Of a DNA stretch of 64,000 nt, positions 1 through 9,825 are shown one piece after another (position 1 is the first letter of the stretch; every line of letters begins with the position of its first letter). The notes beneath the pieces were generated by a model. The model saw only the letters and a program-made list of their open reading frames with translations, was not told the origin of the DNA and did no database searches. This DNA comes from an uncultured delta proteobacterium (GTDB taxonomy: Bacteria > Desulfobacterota > Syntrophia > Syntrophales > UBA2192), in the NCBI GenBank assembly GCA_963705165.1, contig CAVPJD010000009.1:64001-128000 (forward strand). The letters run 5' to 3'. A program made the translations under genes and the position numbers.

Positions 1-37
1 ACCGATGCGATCAATCCATGAACAGAAGAGACAGCCG

Positions 38-826
38 ATGAGCGAAAAGAAGATCACCGTCGAGAAAAGAGGCCACGTGCTCCTCATGGGGCTCAACCGC
101 CCCGACAAGATGAACGCCTTCGACGTGGAGATGTACCTGGAGCTGTCCGCGGCCCTGGGCGAGTTGCACCGCGACGGGGAGCTTCGCTGCGGCCTGCTCT
201 TTGCCCACGGGAAGCATTTCACGGCGGGCCTCGATCTTCCGGCGTGGGCGCCGTTTTTCGGTGAGGGCAACTTTCCCGACCTGCCCGCAGGCGCCTGCGA
301 CCCCTTCGGCCTCGATGAGTCAAGGCGCGTGGGCAAGCCCATGGTCATGGCCGCCCAGGGGATCTGCTACACCATCGGGCTTGAGCTCATGCTCGCCATG
401 GACATCCGCGTGGCGTCATCGGATACGCGATTCGGGCAGATCGAGGTGAGGCGGGGCATCTACCCCGTGGGTGGCGCCACGGTGCGCCTGCACCGGGAGA
501 TCGGCTGGGGAAACGCCATGCGGTATCTCTTGACGGCCGATGAGATCTCTGCCGCCGAGGCGCTGCGCCTCGGCCTCGTGCAGGAGGTGACCGAGCCGGG
601 CCAGCAGTTCGACCGGGCCCTCGAGATCGCCGGGAACGTATCCAGGCAGGCGCCTCTGGGCGTCCAGGCATCGCTTGCCTCGGCCAGGCTGGCCCGCGCC
701 GAAGGCGAAAGGGCGGCCATCGCTCGGCTTCTTCCGGATTTGATGCCCATCATGAAGAGCGAGGACGCCGCCGAGGGAATCCGGTCCTTCATCGAGAGAC
801 GTCAGGCCCGGTTCAAAGGGAAATGA
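38..826 (+). CDS. Enoyl-CoA hydratase/crotonase family protein
   Basis: LNRPDKMNAFD, HFTAGLDL, GLELMLAMDIRVA, FGQIEVRRGIYP crotonase motifs; C-terminal EGIRSFIERRQARFKGK. Confidence 0.93.
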   Translation: MSEKKITVEKRGHVLLMGLNRPDKMNAFDVEMYLELSAALGELHRDGELRCGLLFAHGKHFTAGLDLPAWAPFFGEGNFPDLPAGACDPFGLDESRRVGKPMVMAAQGICYTIGLELMLAMDIRVASSDTRFGQIEVRRGIYPVGGATVRLHREIGWGNAMRYLLTADEISAAEALRLGLVQEVTEPGQQFDRALEIAGNVSRQAPLGVQASLASARLARAEGERAAIARLLPDLMPIMKSEDAAEGIRSFIERRQARFKGK

Positions 827-850
827 AAGCTCCCGCAAGGCACTGAAACG

Positions 851-889
851 AAAGAGGGATTCCGTCTTTGCGGAATCCCTCTTTTTTCT
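851..889. terminator. Bidirectional intrinsic terminator
   Basis: aaagagggattccg...cggaatccctctttttt hairpin between convergent genes. Confidence 0.85.
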
Positions 890-908
890 TCCGGTGCTGC
901 AGGCGCCG

Positions 909-2216
909 CTAAAGCCGGCAGCCCTCTTCGAAGTAGCGGGCGTTGAGCTTCCGGCCGATGTTCATGACGACCGTGTGGATCTTGTCGCGCCTGGTCGCAA
1001 GGGCCCGCCTGGCAATGGAGCGCATGGAATAGAAGGCGCGATAGGTCCGGATGTAGCCCTCCGTGAGCTCCTTTTTGGACATGTGGGCCGGCTTGATCAC
1101 CACGTGGTTGGCGTCGTAGCGGGACCAGTTGAAGTGCTCGATGCGGTCATGTGTCTTCATGTCATCGAAGAGTTTTGTCCCGGGCAGAGGGGTGAGGATG
1201 TAGAAGTTTGCGCACTCCAGGTGGTTTTCGATGCAGAAGTCGAGGGTCCGGGCAAAAACGTCGGGGCCGTCGTTGTCGAGTCCGAACATGAAAGAGCCCA
1301 GGATCTTGATCCCGGATTTGTGGATGGTGGAAATGGATTGCTCATATTCCGGCGCCCGGTTGAGTTTTGCCTTGCCCAGGGCCCTCAGATTCTCCACGCT
1401 GGTTGTCTCGAAGCCCATGAAGAGCCACTTGCAGCCGCTTCTCGCGGCGAGCTCCAGCAGCTCCTTGTCTCGCGCCAGCCGCAGATCCCCCTGGCCGACC
1501 CACCGCCGCTTCAGCGGGATCAGGGCCCGGAAGAACTCCTTCGAGCGCTCCGAGTGCCCGAACATGTTGTCGTCGATGAAGAGCAGATCGCCAGACGGCA
1601 GGGCCTTGATTTCGTCGATCACTTCCTCGACGGGACGGAACCGGAATTTCGATCCCCAGAACTCGGTGACGGCGCAGTAGTTACACCGGTTGGGGCAGCC
1701 TCGGGAGGTCTCGACGACATTCGGGAAGGAGTAGGCGCCGGGCTTCAGCAGGTCGAGACGGGGCCGGGGGAGGCCTGCCAGGTCGTGCAGTTTCTCCGCA
1801 CGATAGCTCCTCTGCAGTCTCCCGGCGAGGAAATCGTCCAGCAGGTCATTCCAGGCGTACTCGGCCTCGCCGATCACGATGGCGTCGGCATGGGCCAGCG
1901 CCTCGTCCTGCAGGAAAAAGACGTGCATGCCCCCCAGGACGACCCTCACGCCGCGGCGGCGGAGGCTGTCGGCGATCTCGTAGCCGCGAAGGGCCGTGCA
2001 GGTCATGAGGGAGATCCCGACGAGGTCCGCATCGACGGCGTCAAAATTGATCTCCTCGACGTTCTCGTCGAGGATGCGCACGTTGAACCGGTCGTCGGCA
2101 TGGGCGGCAAGGATGGGGAGATTCAACTGGGCGACGGAGGATTTCGTGCGCCGCCTGGAGATGAGTCGGTCCTTGTCGGGCGCGGGGTGAATGAGAACAA
2201 GCTTGGGATTCTTCAT
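909..2216 (-). CDS. Cobalamin-binding radical SAM protein
   Basis: N-terminal B12-binding-like domain (VVLGGMHV, AIVIGEAE) and ETSRGCPNRCNYC (CxxxCxxC). Confidence 0.92.
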   Translation of the reverse strand: MKNPKLVLIHPAPDKDRLISRRRTKSSVAQLNLPILAAHADDRFNVRILDENVEEINFDAVDADLVGISLMTCTALRGYEIADSLRRRGVRVVLGGMHVFFLQDEALAHADAIVIGEAEYAWNDLLDDFLAGRLQRSYRAEKLHDLAGLPRPRLDLLKPGAYSFPNVVETSRGCPNRCNYCAVTEFWGSKFRFRPVEEVIDEIKALPSGDLLFIDDNMFGHSERSKEFFRALIPLKRRWVGQGDLRLARDKELLELAARSGCKWLFMGFETTSVENLRALGKAKLNRAPEYEQSISTIHKSGIKILGSFMFGLDNDGPDVFARTLDFCIENHLECANFYILTPLPGTKLFDDMKTHDRIEHFNWSRYDANHVVIKPAHMSKKELTEGYIRTYRAFYSMRSIARRALATRRDKIHTVVMNIGRKLNARYFEEGCRL

Positions 2217-2292
2217 TTCGATCACCGATCGGCTGGGCGGTGAGAGCGACAAACCGACCCCCCCGAGGGAGGGCCGGTTTGCGCAAGTCTGC

Positions 2293-2655
2293 TTAGTAAC
2301 GCCGCCCGCCACCACCACCGCCGCCACTCGGCCTGCTGGGGCCCCGGCCGAAGCCGCCCGGGCGGGGACGGCTGTCCCTGCCGTAGCCGCCGCCGGCCGG
2401 CTGATCCTTCGGGGGTCTGGCTTCGCTCACCACGATGACCTTGCCGTGAAGCTCACCGCCGTTGAAGGAATCGATGGCCTTGCGGGCGCCTTCCTCGGAG
2501 TCCATCTCGACGAACCCGAAGCCCTTGTTCAGGCCCGTCATCCGGTCCTTGATGAGACTCACCGACAGGACATTGCCGGACTGGGAAAAATTAAACCGCA
2601 GTTCCTCTTCCGTCACCTCGCTTGAGAGGTTTCCGACGTACAGTTTTCTATTCAT
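2293..2655 (-). CDS. RRM RNA-binding protein with Gly/Arg-rich tail
   Basis: RNP2 LYVGNL, RNP1 KGFGFVEM, tail GGGGGGGRRY. Confidence 0.95.
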   Translation of the reverse strand: MNRKLYVGNLSSEVTEEELRFNFSQSGNVLSVSLIKDRMTGLNKGFGFVEMDSEEGARKAIDSFNGGELHGKVIVVSEARPPKDQPAGGGYGRDSRPRPGGFGRGPSRPSGGGGGGGRRY

Positions 2656-2814
2656 GTTCGCCTCCTATTCATTGGTTTGTCTTCCTCCGAATCTTCCCCG
2701 GGCAGGCACAGGGGCCCCGACCATGGAACCACAGAGGCGGGATCAATCGGAAGAGTAAGCAAAGGCACTTCCCCGCTTCCATGGCAGGAAAGTGCCCCTG
2801 AGCATTTGTACGGC

Positions 2815-3015
2815 TTAGAGCGCCTTCACATTCGAAGCTTCGGGGCCTTTTTGGCCCTGCTGGACTTCAAAACTCACGCGCTGGCCCTCTTGAAGGGTCT
2901 TGAAGCCGCTGTCCTGGATCGCGCTGAAGTGCACGAAGACGTCATTGCCTTCGTCGGTCTCGATGAAACCGAAGCCCTTGCGCTCGTTGAACCATTTGAC
3001 TTTACCTTCTGACAT
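2815..3015 (-). CDS. Cold-shock protein (CspA family)
   Basis: [24 protein letters not shown]; aggagg RBS upstream. Confidence 0.96.
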   Translation of the reverse strand: MSEGKVKWFNERKGFGFIETDEGNDVFVHFSAIQDSGFKTLQEGQRVSFEVQQGQKGPEASNVKAL

Positions 3016-3316
3016 CGCTTTTATCCTCCTTTCGCAGATTTTCACAGGCGGACAAAAAACAACGGCAGAAATAAAAAAACCACCACTTTGAAGAGCATGG
3101 CGGTCAACCTCTACACAACAAAATGTTTACATCCGGCCTAGATCACAACGGGAGCTTCCAAACAAGACTCACCGATGCAAGCCCGGCAATACTATACGGC
3201 TTTCCCCCCCGGGTCAAGGGTTATTTCCTTTCTCTTTTCCATGCTGTCCTGCAGCCGGAGTTGCGAGTCCAGCCCGGATCCCGGAGAAACCAACGAGCTG
3301 CGCTGCGCCTCGCGCA

Positions 3317-3850
3317 TCATTTCACGGGGATGAACTTGTCGCCTGCGCGCAGCGTTTTCACCCCCTGGCGCGGGACTTCCGCCATGGCCATGGCCACCTT
3401 GTCCGTCACGGGCACCGAGGTCACGGTCTCGATGCCCTGGACCTCCAGGATCCCTTCCAGGAGGGTCACCTTCGTGATGGCTTTGCGGTTGTAGAACTTC
3501 ACGTTGCGGGTGAACACCACCAGGTTCTTCTTGAAATCGACCTTCGGCGCCTTTTCCCCCGGCTTGAAAGACTTCCAGACATCGGCAAAGGTCGACCCGT
3601 CGCCGATGTAGCCTCCGACGGTTTTTTGCTGGCCCCGGGGAAGCTTCTTGAGCGCGGAGACCGGAAAATCGCCGTCCCATTTATTCACGATGGATAGATT
3701 GGCCGGCAGGGCTCCCGCCGCCGCCGTCTTCGTCTCGCCCTTGCTCTTCGGCCCCACGGGCTCCTTCGCCAGTGCCGGCTGGCCTGCCATGCCGGAAAGG
3801 ATCCCCAGGGCCGCCAGCACAACCACCCACCGCATCGCTGCTTTCATCAT
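3317..3850 (-). CDS. Secreted hypothetical protein
   Basis: Signal peptide MMKAAMRWVVVLAALGILSGMAGQPALA; Lys-rich mature part. Confidence 0.7.
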   Translation of the reverse strand: MMKAAMRWVVVLAALGILSGMAGQPALAKEPVGPKSKGETKTAAAGALPANLSIVNKWDGDFPVSALKKLPRGQQKTVGGYIGDGSTFADVWKSFKPGEKAPKVDFKKNLVVFTRNVKFYNRKAITKVTLLEGILEVQGIETVTSVPVTDKVAMAMAEVPRQGVKTLRAGDKFIPVK

Positions 3851-4012
3851 CCTCTTGCCCCCCTGAGCCGGATTGTCCGTCCACTCATGGTAATACACGT
3901 CCCGATCGGATTCAAGAAGCGAGTTTGCTTGATCGGCGATGGCGTTTCCCGTATACTGCCCGTCAATGATCACTCGCAATCCAGGGAAAAACAAAGAAGG
4001 AGGGAGACCGCC

Positions 4013-5473
4013 ATGATGATGACTGGTGAGCAGTACGTTGCAAGTATCAAGAAGATGCGGCCCAACATTTACAAGTGGGGCAAGCTCATCGAGGATGTGA
4101 CCGCCCACCCCGCCACCCGCCTGCATGTCCAGTCAGTCAAACGATCCTACGATCTCTCCTTCGACCCCGAGAAGGCATCGGTCTACACGGCAAAATCCCC
4201 GCTGACGGGCGAGCCGGTCCACCGCTGGAACTCGCTCATGCAGTCGGCCGAGGACGTGATGGGCAACTCCAACATGAAGCGCGAGCAGTACCACCAGTCG
4301 GGCACCTGCCAGGGGGCCACCTGCGCCGGATGGACGGCGATGAATGTCCTCTGGGATGCCACCTGGCAGATGGACAAGGACCTGGGAACGAACTATCACG
4401 AGCGGGTGAAAAAATTCTGGAAGTACATGGAGGCGGGCGGCGTGGCCATGTCGGGGGCCATCACGGACGCCAAGGGCAACCGATCGCAGCGGCCCTCGCA
4501 GCAGAAAAACAAGGACAGCAACGTTCATGTCAAGGAGATCCGGCCCGACGGCATCGTGATCCGCGGCTACAAGTGCCAGATCTGCGGCGTGGCGGCGGCC
4601 CACGAGATCATCGTCACGCCGGGCAGCGGCTACGGCGAGGCCGACAAGGACTTTTGCGTGGCCTGCGCGGTGCCCCGCGACGCGAACGGGCTCACCATCG
4701 TCGAGACCCGGCGCCCCAGCGACGCCCGCGACGAGGAGGACGGGTGGGATGCCCCGAAGGCGGGCAACATTACCCAGACCTTCCTCATCTTCGACGACGT
4801 CTTCGTCCCCACCGAGCGCGTCTTCATGTGCGGAGAGTTCAAATACACCGGCAAGCTGCTCATGAACTTCACGGCCATCTACCGGGCCGCCATCGGCGCC
4901 TGTGTGGCCGGCCAGGGAGACATCATGATCGGGGCGGCCATCAACATGGCCCGGGCAAACGGCCTGAGCATGCGGGCCTTCCAGGAAAAGCTCAACCAGA
5001 TGGCCATCAACAACGAGGTCACCTACGGCCTGGGGCTGGGCTCCATGATGAGGGGGAAGAAGCAGCCCTCGGGCCTCTTCGTCCCCGATTCGCTGCTGGC
5101 ACACGCCAACAAGACCCAGGTGGCAAAGCTCCCTTACGAAACGAAGGTGCTCGCCCAGGACATCTCGGGAGGCATCGCCGAGACGGGCTGCTTCCCGTCT
5201 TATGCCGATGTGCAGTCGCCGCTGTACGGCAAGCACATCCTCGAGGCTTTGACCGCGGGCGCCGACGGCGAGACGCGGGCCCGCGCAGCGCGGCTCGTCG
5301 AGTGGCTCACCGTGGGCGGCGGAATCCCGGGCTGCATGCACGGCGGCGGCTCGCCCGACGGCGCGAGGCTCGTCGTCCGGGCCTTCACGCCCTGGGAGCT
5401 GTATGCCGCCGAGGCCAAGCGCATCGCCGGGATCGCGGCGGATCTGGCCGAACCGGCACCGGCGAAAAAATAG
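4013..5473 (+). CDS. 4-hydroxybutyryl-CoA dehydratase / HpaB family flavoprotein (divergent AbfD-like)
   Basis: MMTGEQYVASIK, GAITDAKGNRS, DGIVIRGYK, IFDDVFVPTERVFMCGE, MHGGGSP; ggaggg RBS. Confidence 0.85.
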   Translation: MMMTGEQYVASIKKMRPNIYKWGKLIEDVTAHPATRLHVQSVKRSYDLSFDPEKASVYTAKSPLTGEPVHRWNSLMQSAEDVMGNSNMKREQYHQSGTCQGATCAGWTAMNVLWDATWQMDKDLGTNYHERVKKFWKYMEAGGVAMSGAITDAKGNRSQRPSQQKNKDSNVHVKEIRPDGIVIRGYKCQICGVAAAHEIIVTPGSGYGEADKDFCVACAVPRDANGLTIVETRRPSDARDEEDGWDAPKAGNITQTFLIFDDVFVPTERVFMCGEFKYTGKLLMNFTAIYRAAIGACVAGQGDIMIGAAINMARANGLSMRAFQEKLNQMAINNEVTYGLGLGSMMRGKKQPSGLFVPDSLLAHANKTQVAKLPYETKVLAQDISGGIAETGCFPSYADVQSPLYGKHILEALTAGADGETRARAARLVEWLTVGGGIPGCMHGGGSPDGARLVVRAFTPWELYAAEAKRIAGIAADLAEPAPAKK

Positions 5474-5491
5474 ACCCGGCAGGAGCACGGC

Positions 5492-6748
5492 GTGACGCCG
5501 CTAAGAAGTCTCGGGCTCACGAGCGCCACGGCGCTTGTCGTGGCAAACATGATCGGGGCCGGCGTTTTCACCACGAGCGGCTTTCTGCTCGCCGATCTCG
5601 GCTCGCCGTGGTATGTGCTGGCCGCCTGGGCCGCAGGTGGTGTGCAGGCGGCCCTCGGGGCGATGTGCTACGGGGCGCTTGCGCGACGCATCCCCGAGTC
5701 CGGAGGCGAGTACCTCTTTCTTTCCCGCACCCTGCACCCGGCGGCGGGATACGTCGCGGGGTGGCTTTCGCTCCTGGTCGGGTTCTCGGCCCCGCTTGCT
5801 GCCGCGGCCTTCGCCTTCGGCGCCTACGCAAAACCATGGCTCGGGGGCATCCCGTCCGCCCTGGCCGGTTCAACCCTGATTCTTGCCTTTGCGGCCGTTC
5901 ATGCCGTCGAGGTCCGACGAGGCGCATTGGTGCAGAATTGGGCGGTCCTCGTCAAGGTCGCCCTGATCGTCGCCTTTGTCGCATTTGCCGCCTGCAGGAT
6001 CGGACTGCCGGCGGCACCTCCCGATCCCCCCTTCCCCGTTGCCGCCTTCGGGGTCTCGCTCATCTGGATCTCCTTCAGCTATTCCGGCTGGAACGCCGCG
6101 GTCTACGTCGCAGGCGAGGTGCGCAACCCGGGGAAGACAATCCCCCGGGCGCTGATCCTCGGCACGGCACTGGTCACGCTTCTTTACCTGGGGCTCAATG
6201 CCGTGTTCGTCTTTTCCGCCCCCATTGCCGAGCTGGCCGGGAAGCTCGAGATTGGCCGGATCGCGGCCCGGGCAGTGGGCGGGGCCTTCCTTGAGGAGGC
6301 CGTGGCGGGGCTGATCGCCCTTGCGCTGATCAGCAGCGTCTCGTCGCTCGTGATGGCGGGGCCCCGCGTCTATGCACAGATGGCAACCGACGGCTATCTG
6401 CCCCGATGGCTTGCTGCAACTTCGGGCCCCCCGAGGGCGGCCATCGCCTTGCAGGCGGGGCTTGCCCTTTTCTTTCTCTGGAGCGCCACCTTTGATGCGC
6501 TTCTCACCTGGATCGGGTTCACCCTCGGCATCAGCACGGCGGCAACCGTGGCGGCCCTGATCGTTTTGCGAAAACGGGAAGGAAAAACACTGGCGGTGCC
6601 TGGCTACCCCGTTGTCCCCGGGCTCTTTCTGGCCGGCGTTGCTGCCATGACGGCCTTCACCGTGATGCAAAGGCCGATGGAGAGCCTCGTGGGGTTCGCC
6701 ACGATCGCAGCGGGACTCGTGGCGTGGGGAATCCAGAAGAAGAAGTGA
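5492..6748 (+). CDS. APC-family amino acid permease
   Basis: ANMIGAGVF, PESGGEYLFL, FSYSGWNAAVYVAGEVRNP; many TM segments. Confidence 0.9.
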   Translation: MTPLRSLGLTSATALVVANMIGAGVFTTSGFLLADLGSPWYVLAAWAAGGVQAALGAMCYGALARRIPESGGEYLFLSRTLHPAAGYVAGWLSLLVGFSAPLAAAAFAFGAYAKPWLGGIPSALAGSTLILAFAAVHAVEVRRGALVQNWAVLVKVALIVAFVAFAACRIGLPAAPPDPPFPVAAFGVSLIWISFSYSGWNAAVYVAGEVRNPGKTIPRALILGTALVTLLYLGLNAVFVFSAPIAELAGKLEIGRIAARAVGGAFLEEAVAGLIALALISSVSSLVMAGPRVYAQMATDGYLPRWLAATSGPPRAAIALQAGLALFFLWSATFDALLTWIGFTLGISTAATVAALIVLRKREGKTLAVPGYPVVPGLFLAGVAAMTAFTVMQRPMESLVGFATIAAGLVAWGIQKKK

Positions 6749-6752
6749 ATGA

Positions 6753-6846
6753 AGTGTTTGAGTGAATAAGTGTATGAGTGAAGAAAATGAGAAGAAATCA
6801 TTCATTCCATCACTCAGACACTTAGACACTCAGTCACTCAGGCACT
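6753..6846. repeat. Inverted arrays of degenerate octamer repeats (TGAGTGNN / CACTCAGN)
   Basis: tgagtgaa-taagtgta-tgagtgaa followed by cactcaga-cacttaga-cactcagt-cactcagg. Confidence 0.7.
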
Positions 6847-6877
6847 ATTTATCTCAGCTCATGCAGGAGGCACTGGC

Positions 6878-7582
6878 ATGAAAACCGGTCAAAAACTGGA
6901 CAGGCGAGAATTCCTTGAACGGGCTGGCGGTTTGGCTGGACTGTTGGCGTTGGGAGCACTCGCATCGCCTGCCCTGGTTCAGGCGGGCGATACCGGCCGT
7001 CAGCCGGTCAAGGGGGACCCGGCCCGTACCCGGAAGATTCTGGACGAGATGGAATCGAAGATCGGCCGTTACTGGAGCACCCCCCGTAAGGATGCCGAAT
7101 TTCTCAATCTCATGGTGAAGGCAACCCGTGCAGTCAATGTCCTCGAAGTGGGTACGTCCCAGGGTTACTCGGCGATCTGGATGGGGCTTGCCCTGGAAGA
7201 AACGGGTGGCCGGCTGACGACGATCGAAATCGACACGGGACGCCACGCACTGGCGCAAAAAAATGTCAGGGAGGCAGGGCTTGCCGGGCGGGTCACGCTG
7301 ATCCGGGGAGATGCCCACCGGGAGATTGCGGGGCTCAAGGGTCCTTTCGATTTCGTGTTCCTCGATGCCGACAAGGAAGGGCAGATGGATTATTTCAAAA
7401 AGATCTACCCGGAGAATCTTACCCGGGGCGGGATGATCGCCTTACACAACGCCATCTCCGAGGCCGCCGACATGACAGATTATACAGACATGATCCGCAG
7501 GCACCCCGATTTCGACACGGTCGTCGTCAGCGCCACGATGGGGGACGGCATCTGTCTGAGTTATCGCCATCGGGCTGCGTGA
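6878..7582 (+). CDS. O-methyltransferase (Methyltransf_3/CCoAOMT-like) with twin-arginine signal peptide
   Basis: VLEVGTSQGYS, FDFVFLDADKE; N-terminus DRREFL plus hydrophobic stretch ending VQA. Confidence 0.88.
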   Translation: MKTGQKLDRREFLERAGGLAGLLALGALASPALVQAGDTGRQPVKGDPARTRKILDEMESKIGRYWSTPRKDAEFLNLMVKATRAVNVLEVGTSQGYSAIWMGLALEETGGRLTTIEIDTGRHALAQKNVREAGLAGRVTLIRGDAHREIAGLKGPFDFVFLDADKEGQMDYFKKIYPENLTRGGMIALHNAISEAADMTDYTDMIRRHPDFDTVVVSATMGDGICLSYRHRAA

Positions 7583-7597
7583 CTGAAAGACTTGCAT

Positions 7598-7631
7598 AAA
7601 AAGCCCCTCGCTCCGGAGAGGCTTTTTATTT
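7598..7631. terminator. Bidirectional intrinsic terminator
   Basis: aaaaagcccctc..ggagaggcttttt between convergent genes. Confidence 0.7.
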
Positions 7632-7646
7632 CATGTCCGGATCAGA

Positions 7647-9140
7647 TCAGAACTTCATGATGTTCGGGGCGTCGCCCCCGGGGCTCACACGCCCTTTCTT
7701 CCCCACGAATTCCTCCTTCTCCATGGCCCGGAACAAATCGGGGTCCTTCCCGGTCATGGCCCAGCAACGCTCGCCATTCTCCAGGCGGGCGACGAGGACC
7801 GCGTAGTCGGGCTCGCCCTTGCGGTCGTGCATGACCGTGTAGGCCTCCACCGTGGCCGTGCCCTTCGGGGCCATGTTCAGCGTCGGTGCCTGCCGGGCTT
7901 CGAGTTTCTTTTGAAGTCCCGCCTGGCCCTTGCGGTCCCAGGGCCGGCCAGGCTCCTGCCCGCTGTAAATACCAGCCGAAAACTTGGTGAAGTACCAACC
8001 CAGGGCGGAGATGAAGGCGAACGCTTCGGGACGATTCCTCAATCTTTCCACGGCCTCTACAATGGCGTGCAGGGTGTAGCTGTTCCCGGGGCCGCCGAAG
8101 TAGGCAAGCCCCCCCGTAATGGTCAGAGGCGGGAGCTTTTCGAGGTCCAGGCCAAGCTCGCGGGCCTGCAGCAGGGTGGCGCTGGGGAAGCAGCTGTAGA
8201 GATCGAAGAGAGCCATCTCGCCGATTTCCCTGCCCGCCATCGAGAGACATGCGGAGGACACCTCGCGCACCACCGGGCTCGAGTTGAAATCGCTGCGCTC
8301 CGAGAGAAACCACTTGTCCGTGCCATCGGCCCCGCCGTGGAGGTAGACCCACTTGTCTTTAGGGATTCCGAGCTTTCTGGCCGTGTCGGTTCCCATCATG
8401 ACGGCGGCGGCGGCCTGGTTGACGTTCATGATGGGGTTCATGTACTTCGTGTAGGGAAAGTTCACCATCCGGTTTCGCTGCGTCACGGTCCCGATCTCGT
8501 CTCCCGTCCGGGCCTTCCGGAACCACGCGCGGGGGTTTTCCGAGGCGATCTTCGAGAACCCCGCGCAGTACTCGGCAAGAAAGGCCCGGTTTTCATCGAT
8601 GCTCATCCCCCGGGCAGCCCGTAATGCATTCTCGTAGAGGGGGTAGATCTCGAGGGGATAGCGGGCGTGGTGCAGCATCTCGTGCGGCGTGGAGCCCCAC
8701 CGCGTATCGCCCACCATCTCGAGGCCTCCCGAGGCGGCCAGATCCTGCAGCCAGTTGTCGCGCGTCTCGGGCGGGGCGTTGTGCATGGCCTCGGCCCCCA
8801 CGAGAACCGCAACGGAGATCTCGCCCCGGGCGATCCGGTCTGCCGTCCGGTTGACGAGCCACTGGGGCGTGTTGCCGCCGATCGCCGTGTATTCGCGGAC
8901 GCGCGGCTGAATCCCCAGCATCTCGCAGAAAAGCCCCGCCGGGTCCGCATAGCCGTGCGAGAACATGTTGATGACGGTCACCGTGTCGGCATGGCCGAGG
9001 ACAGCGGGACAGCGGCAGTCCTCCACGGCGGATTCCACGGCGATCTTCCCCAGCTGCAGGGGATGCAGGAAATCGGAATGCTCTTCGGGATGGTAGGTGA
9101 TCTGTCCGATGCCGACGATCACCGGATGGACGACAGGCAT
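7647..9140 (-). CDS. Thiolase-like protein (acetyl-CoA acetyltransferase family) with extra C-terminal domain
   Basis: PVIVGIGQ, GGNTPQ, FPYTKYMN, VNQAAA, DLYSCFPS, TGGLAYFGGPGN, VEAYTV. Confidence 0.85.
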   Translation of the reverse strand: MPVVHPVIVGIGQITYHPEEHSDFLHPLQLGKIAVESAVEDCRCPAVLGHADTVTVINMFSHGYADPAGLFCEMLGIQPRVREYTAIGGNTPQWLVNRTADRIARGEISVAVLVGAEAMHNAPPETRDNWLQDLAASGGLEMVGDTRWGSTPHEMLHHARYPLEIYPLYENALRAARGMSIDENRAFLAEYCAGFSKIASENPRAWFRKARTGDEIGTVTQRNRMVNFPYTKYMNPIMNVNQAAAAVMMGTDTARKLGIPKDKWVYLHGGADGTDKWFLSERSDFNSSPVVREVSSACLSMAGREIGEMALFDLYSCFPSATLLQARELGLDLEKLPPLTITGGLAYFGGPGNSYTLHAIVEAVERLRNRPEAFAFISALGWYFTKFSAGIYSGQEPGRPWDRKGQAGLQKKLEARQAPTLNMAPKGTATVEAYTVMHDRKGEPDYAVLVARLENGERCWAMTGKDPDLFRAMEKEEFVGKKGRVSPGGDAPNIMKF

Positions 9141-9234
9141 GAGCGACTCCCCCCTTTCAGACCCTGACCGGAACCTCTCTACCACGTGCAGGCGGCTCGA
9201 TCAAGACCGCAACGGAAAAAATGCACGGGGCGGC

Positions 9235-9588
9235 TCAGCGGGCGAGGGGGCCGTTGGCAAGCAGGTGCAGCTGCCAGGAGATGACGCCCACGAAGAGCAG
9301 GGCCGTGCCGGCAAGGATCATCCGGAAGATCCTTAACCGGCTGTAGAGACAGATCAGGACGAGCAGGGAGGAGACGGCAGTCACTTTCCAGATCCAGAAA
9401 CGGTCGCCGTAGGCGTCGATGGCCGCCCGGACCACCGGGTTGCACTCGGTGCCCCCCGTGGCGAGGATCACCTGCGTGAAGATGACATCGAGGATGTTCA
9501 GCCCGGCCACCAGGACGACAAGCGAAACGAGCCCGACGCCGTATTCAAACTGATGCAGGTCTTCCCTGGATGCCTTCATCGGTTTCAC
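9235..9588 (-). CDS. Small membrane protein, DUF5658-like
   Basis: LNILDVIFT...GGTECNPVV...FWIWK pattern; three hydrophobic helices; start uncertain. Confidence 0.7.
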   Translation of the reverse strand: MKPMKASREDLHQFEYGVGLVSLVVLVAGLNILDVIFTQVILATGGTECNPVVRAAIDAYGDRFWIWKVTAVSSLLVLICLYSRLRIFRMILAGTALLFVGVISWQLHLLANGPLAR

Positions 9589-9747
9589 CCTGTTTATTTA
9601 ATCGGGTAATCCGGTCAAGACCTTGAGATCTTCTTTCCGTATAAATCTCTTAACATCCGAGCGGATAGAATTTCCAAAAATATTTTGCGGGTTATATTCC
9701 ATCGGATATCAAACGGCAGGCCGTCATGTTGTCCCGGAAATTCTCAT

Positions 9748-9806
9748 TGACAGGAAGACTTTATTTTCATATCTCAACAATTGATATATCAAATATTATA
9801 CTATCA
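9748..9806 (+). promoter_or_regulatory. Promoter with palindromic operator for the MarR gene
   Basis: ttgaca -35 followed by perfect palindrome ttgatatatcaa (9781-9792). Confidence 0.6.
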
Positions 9807-9825
9807 ACCAAACGGGCAGGATCTC

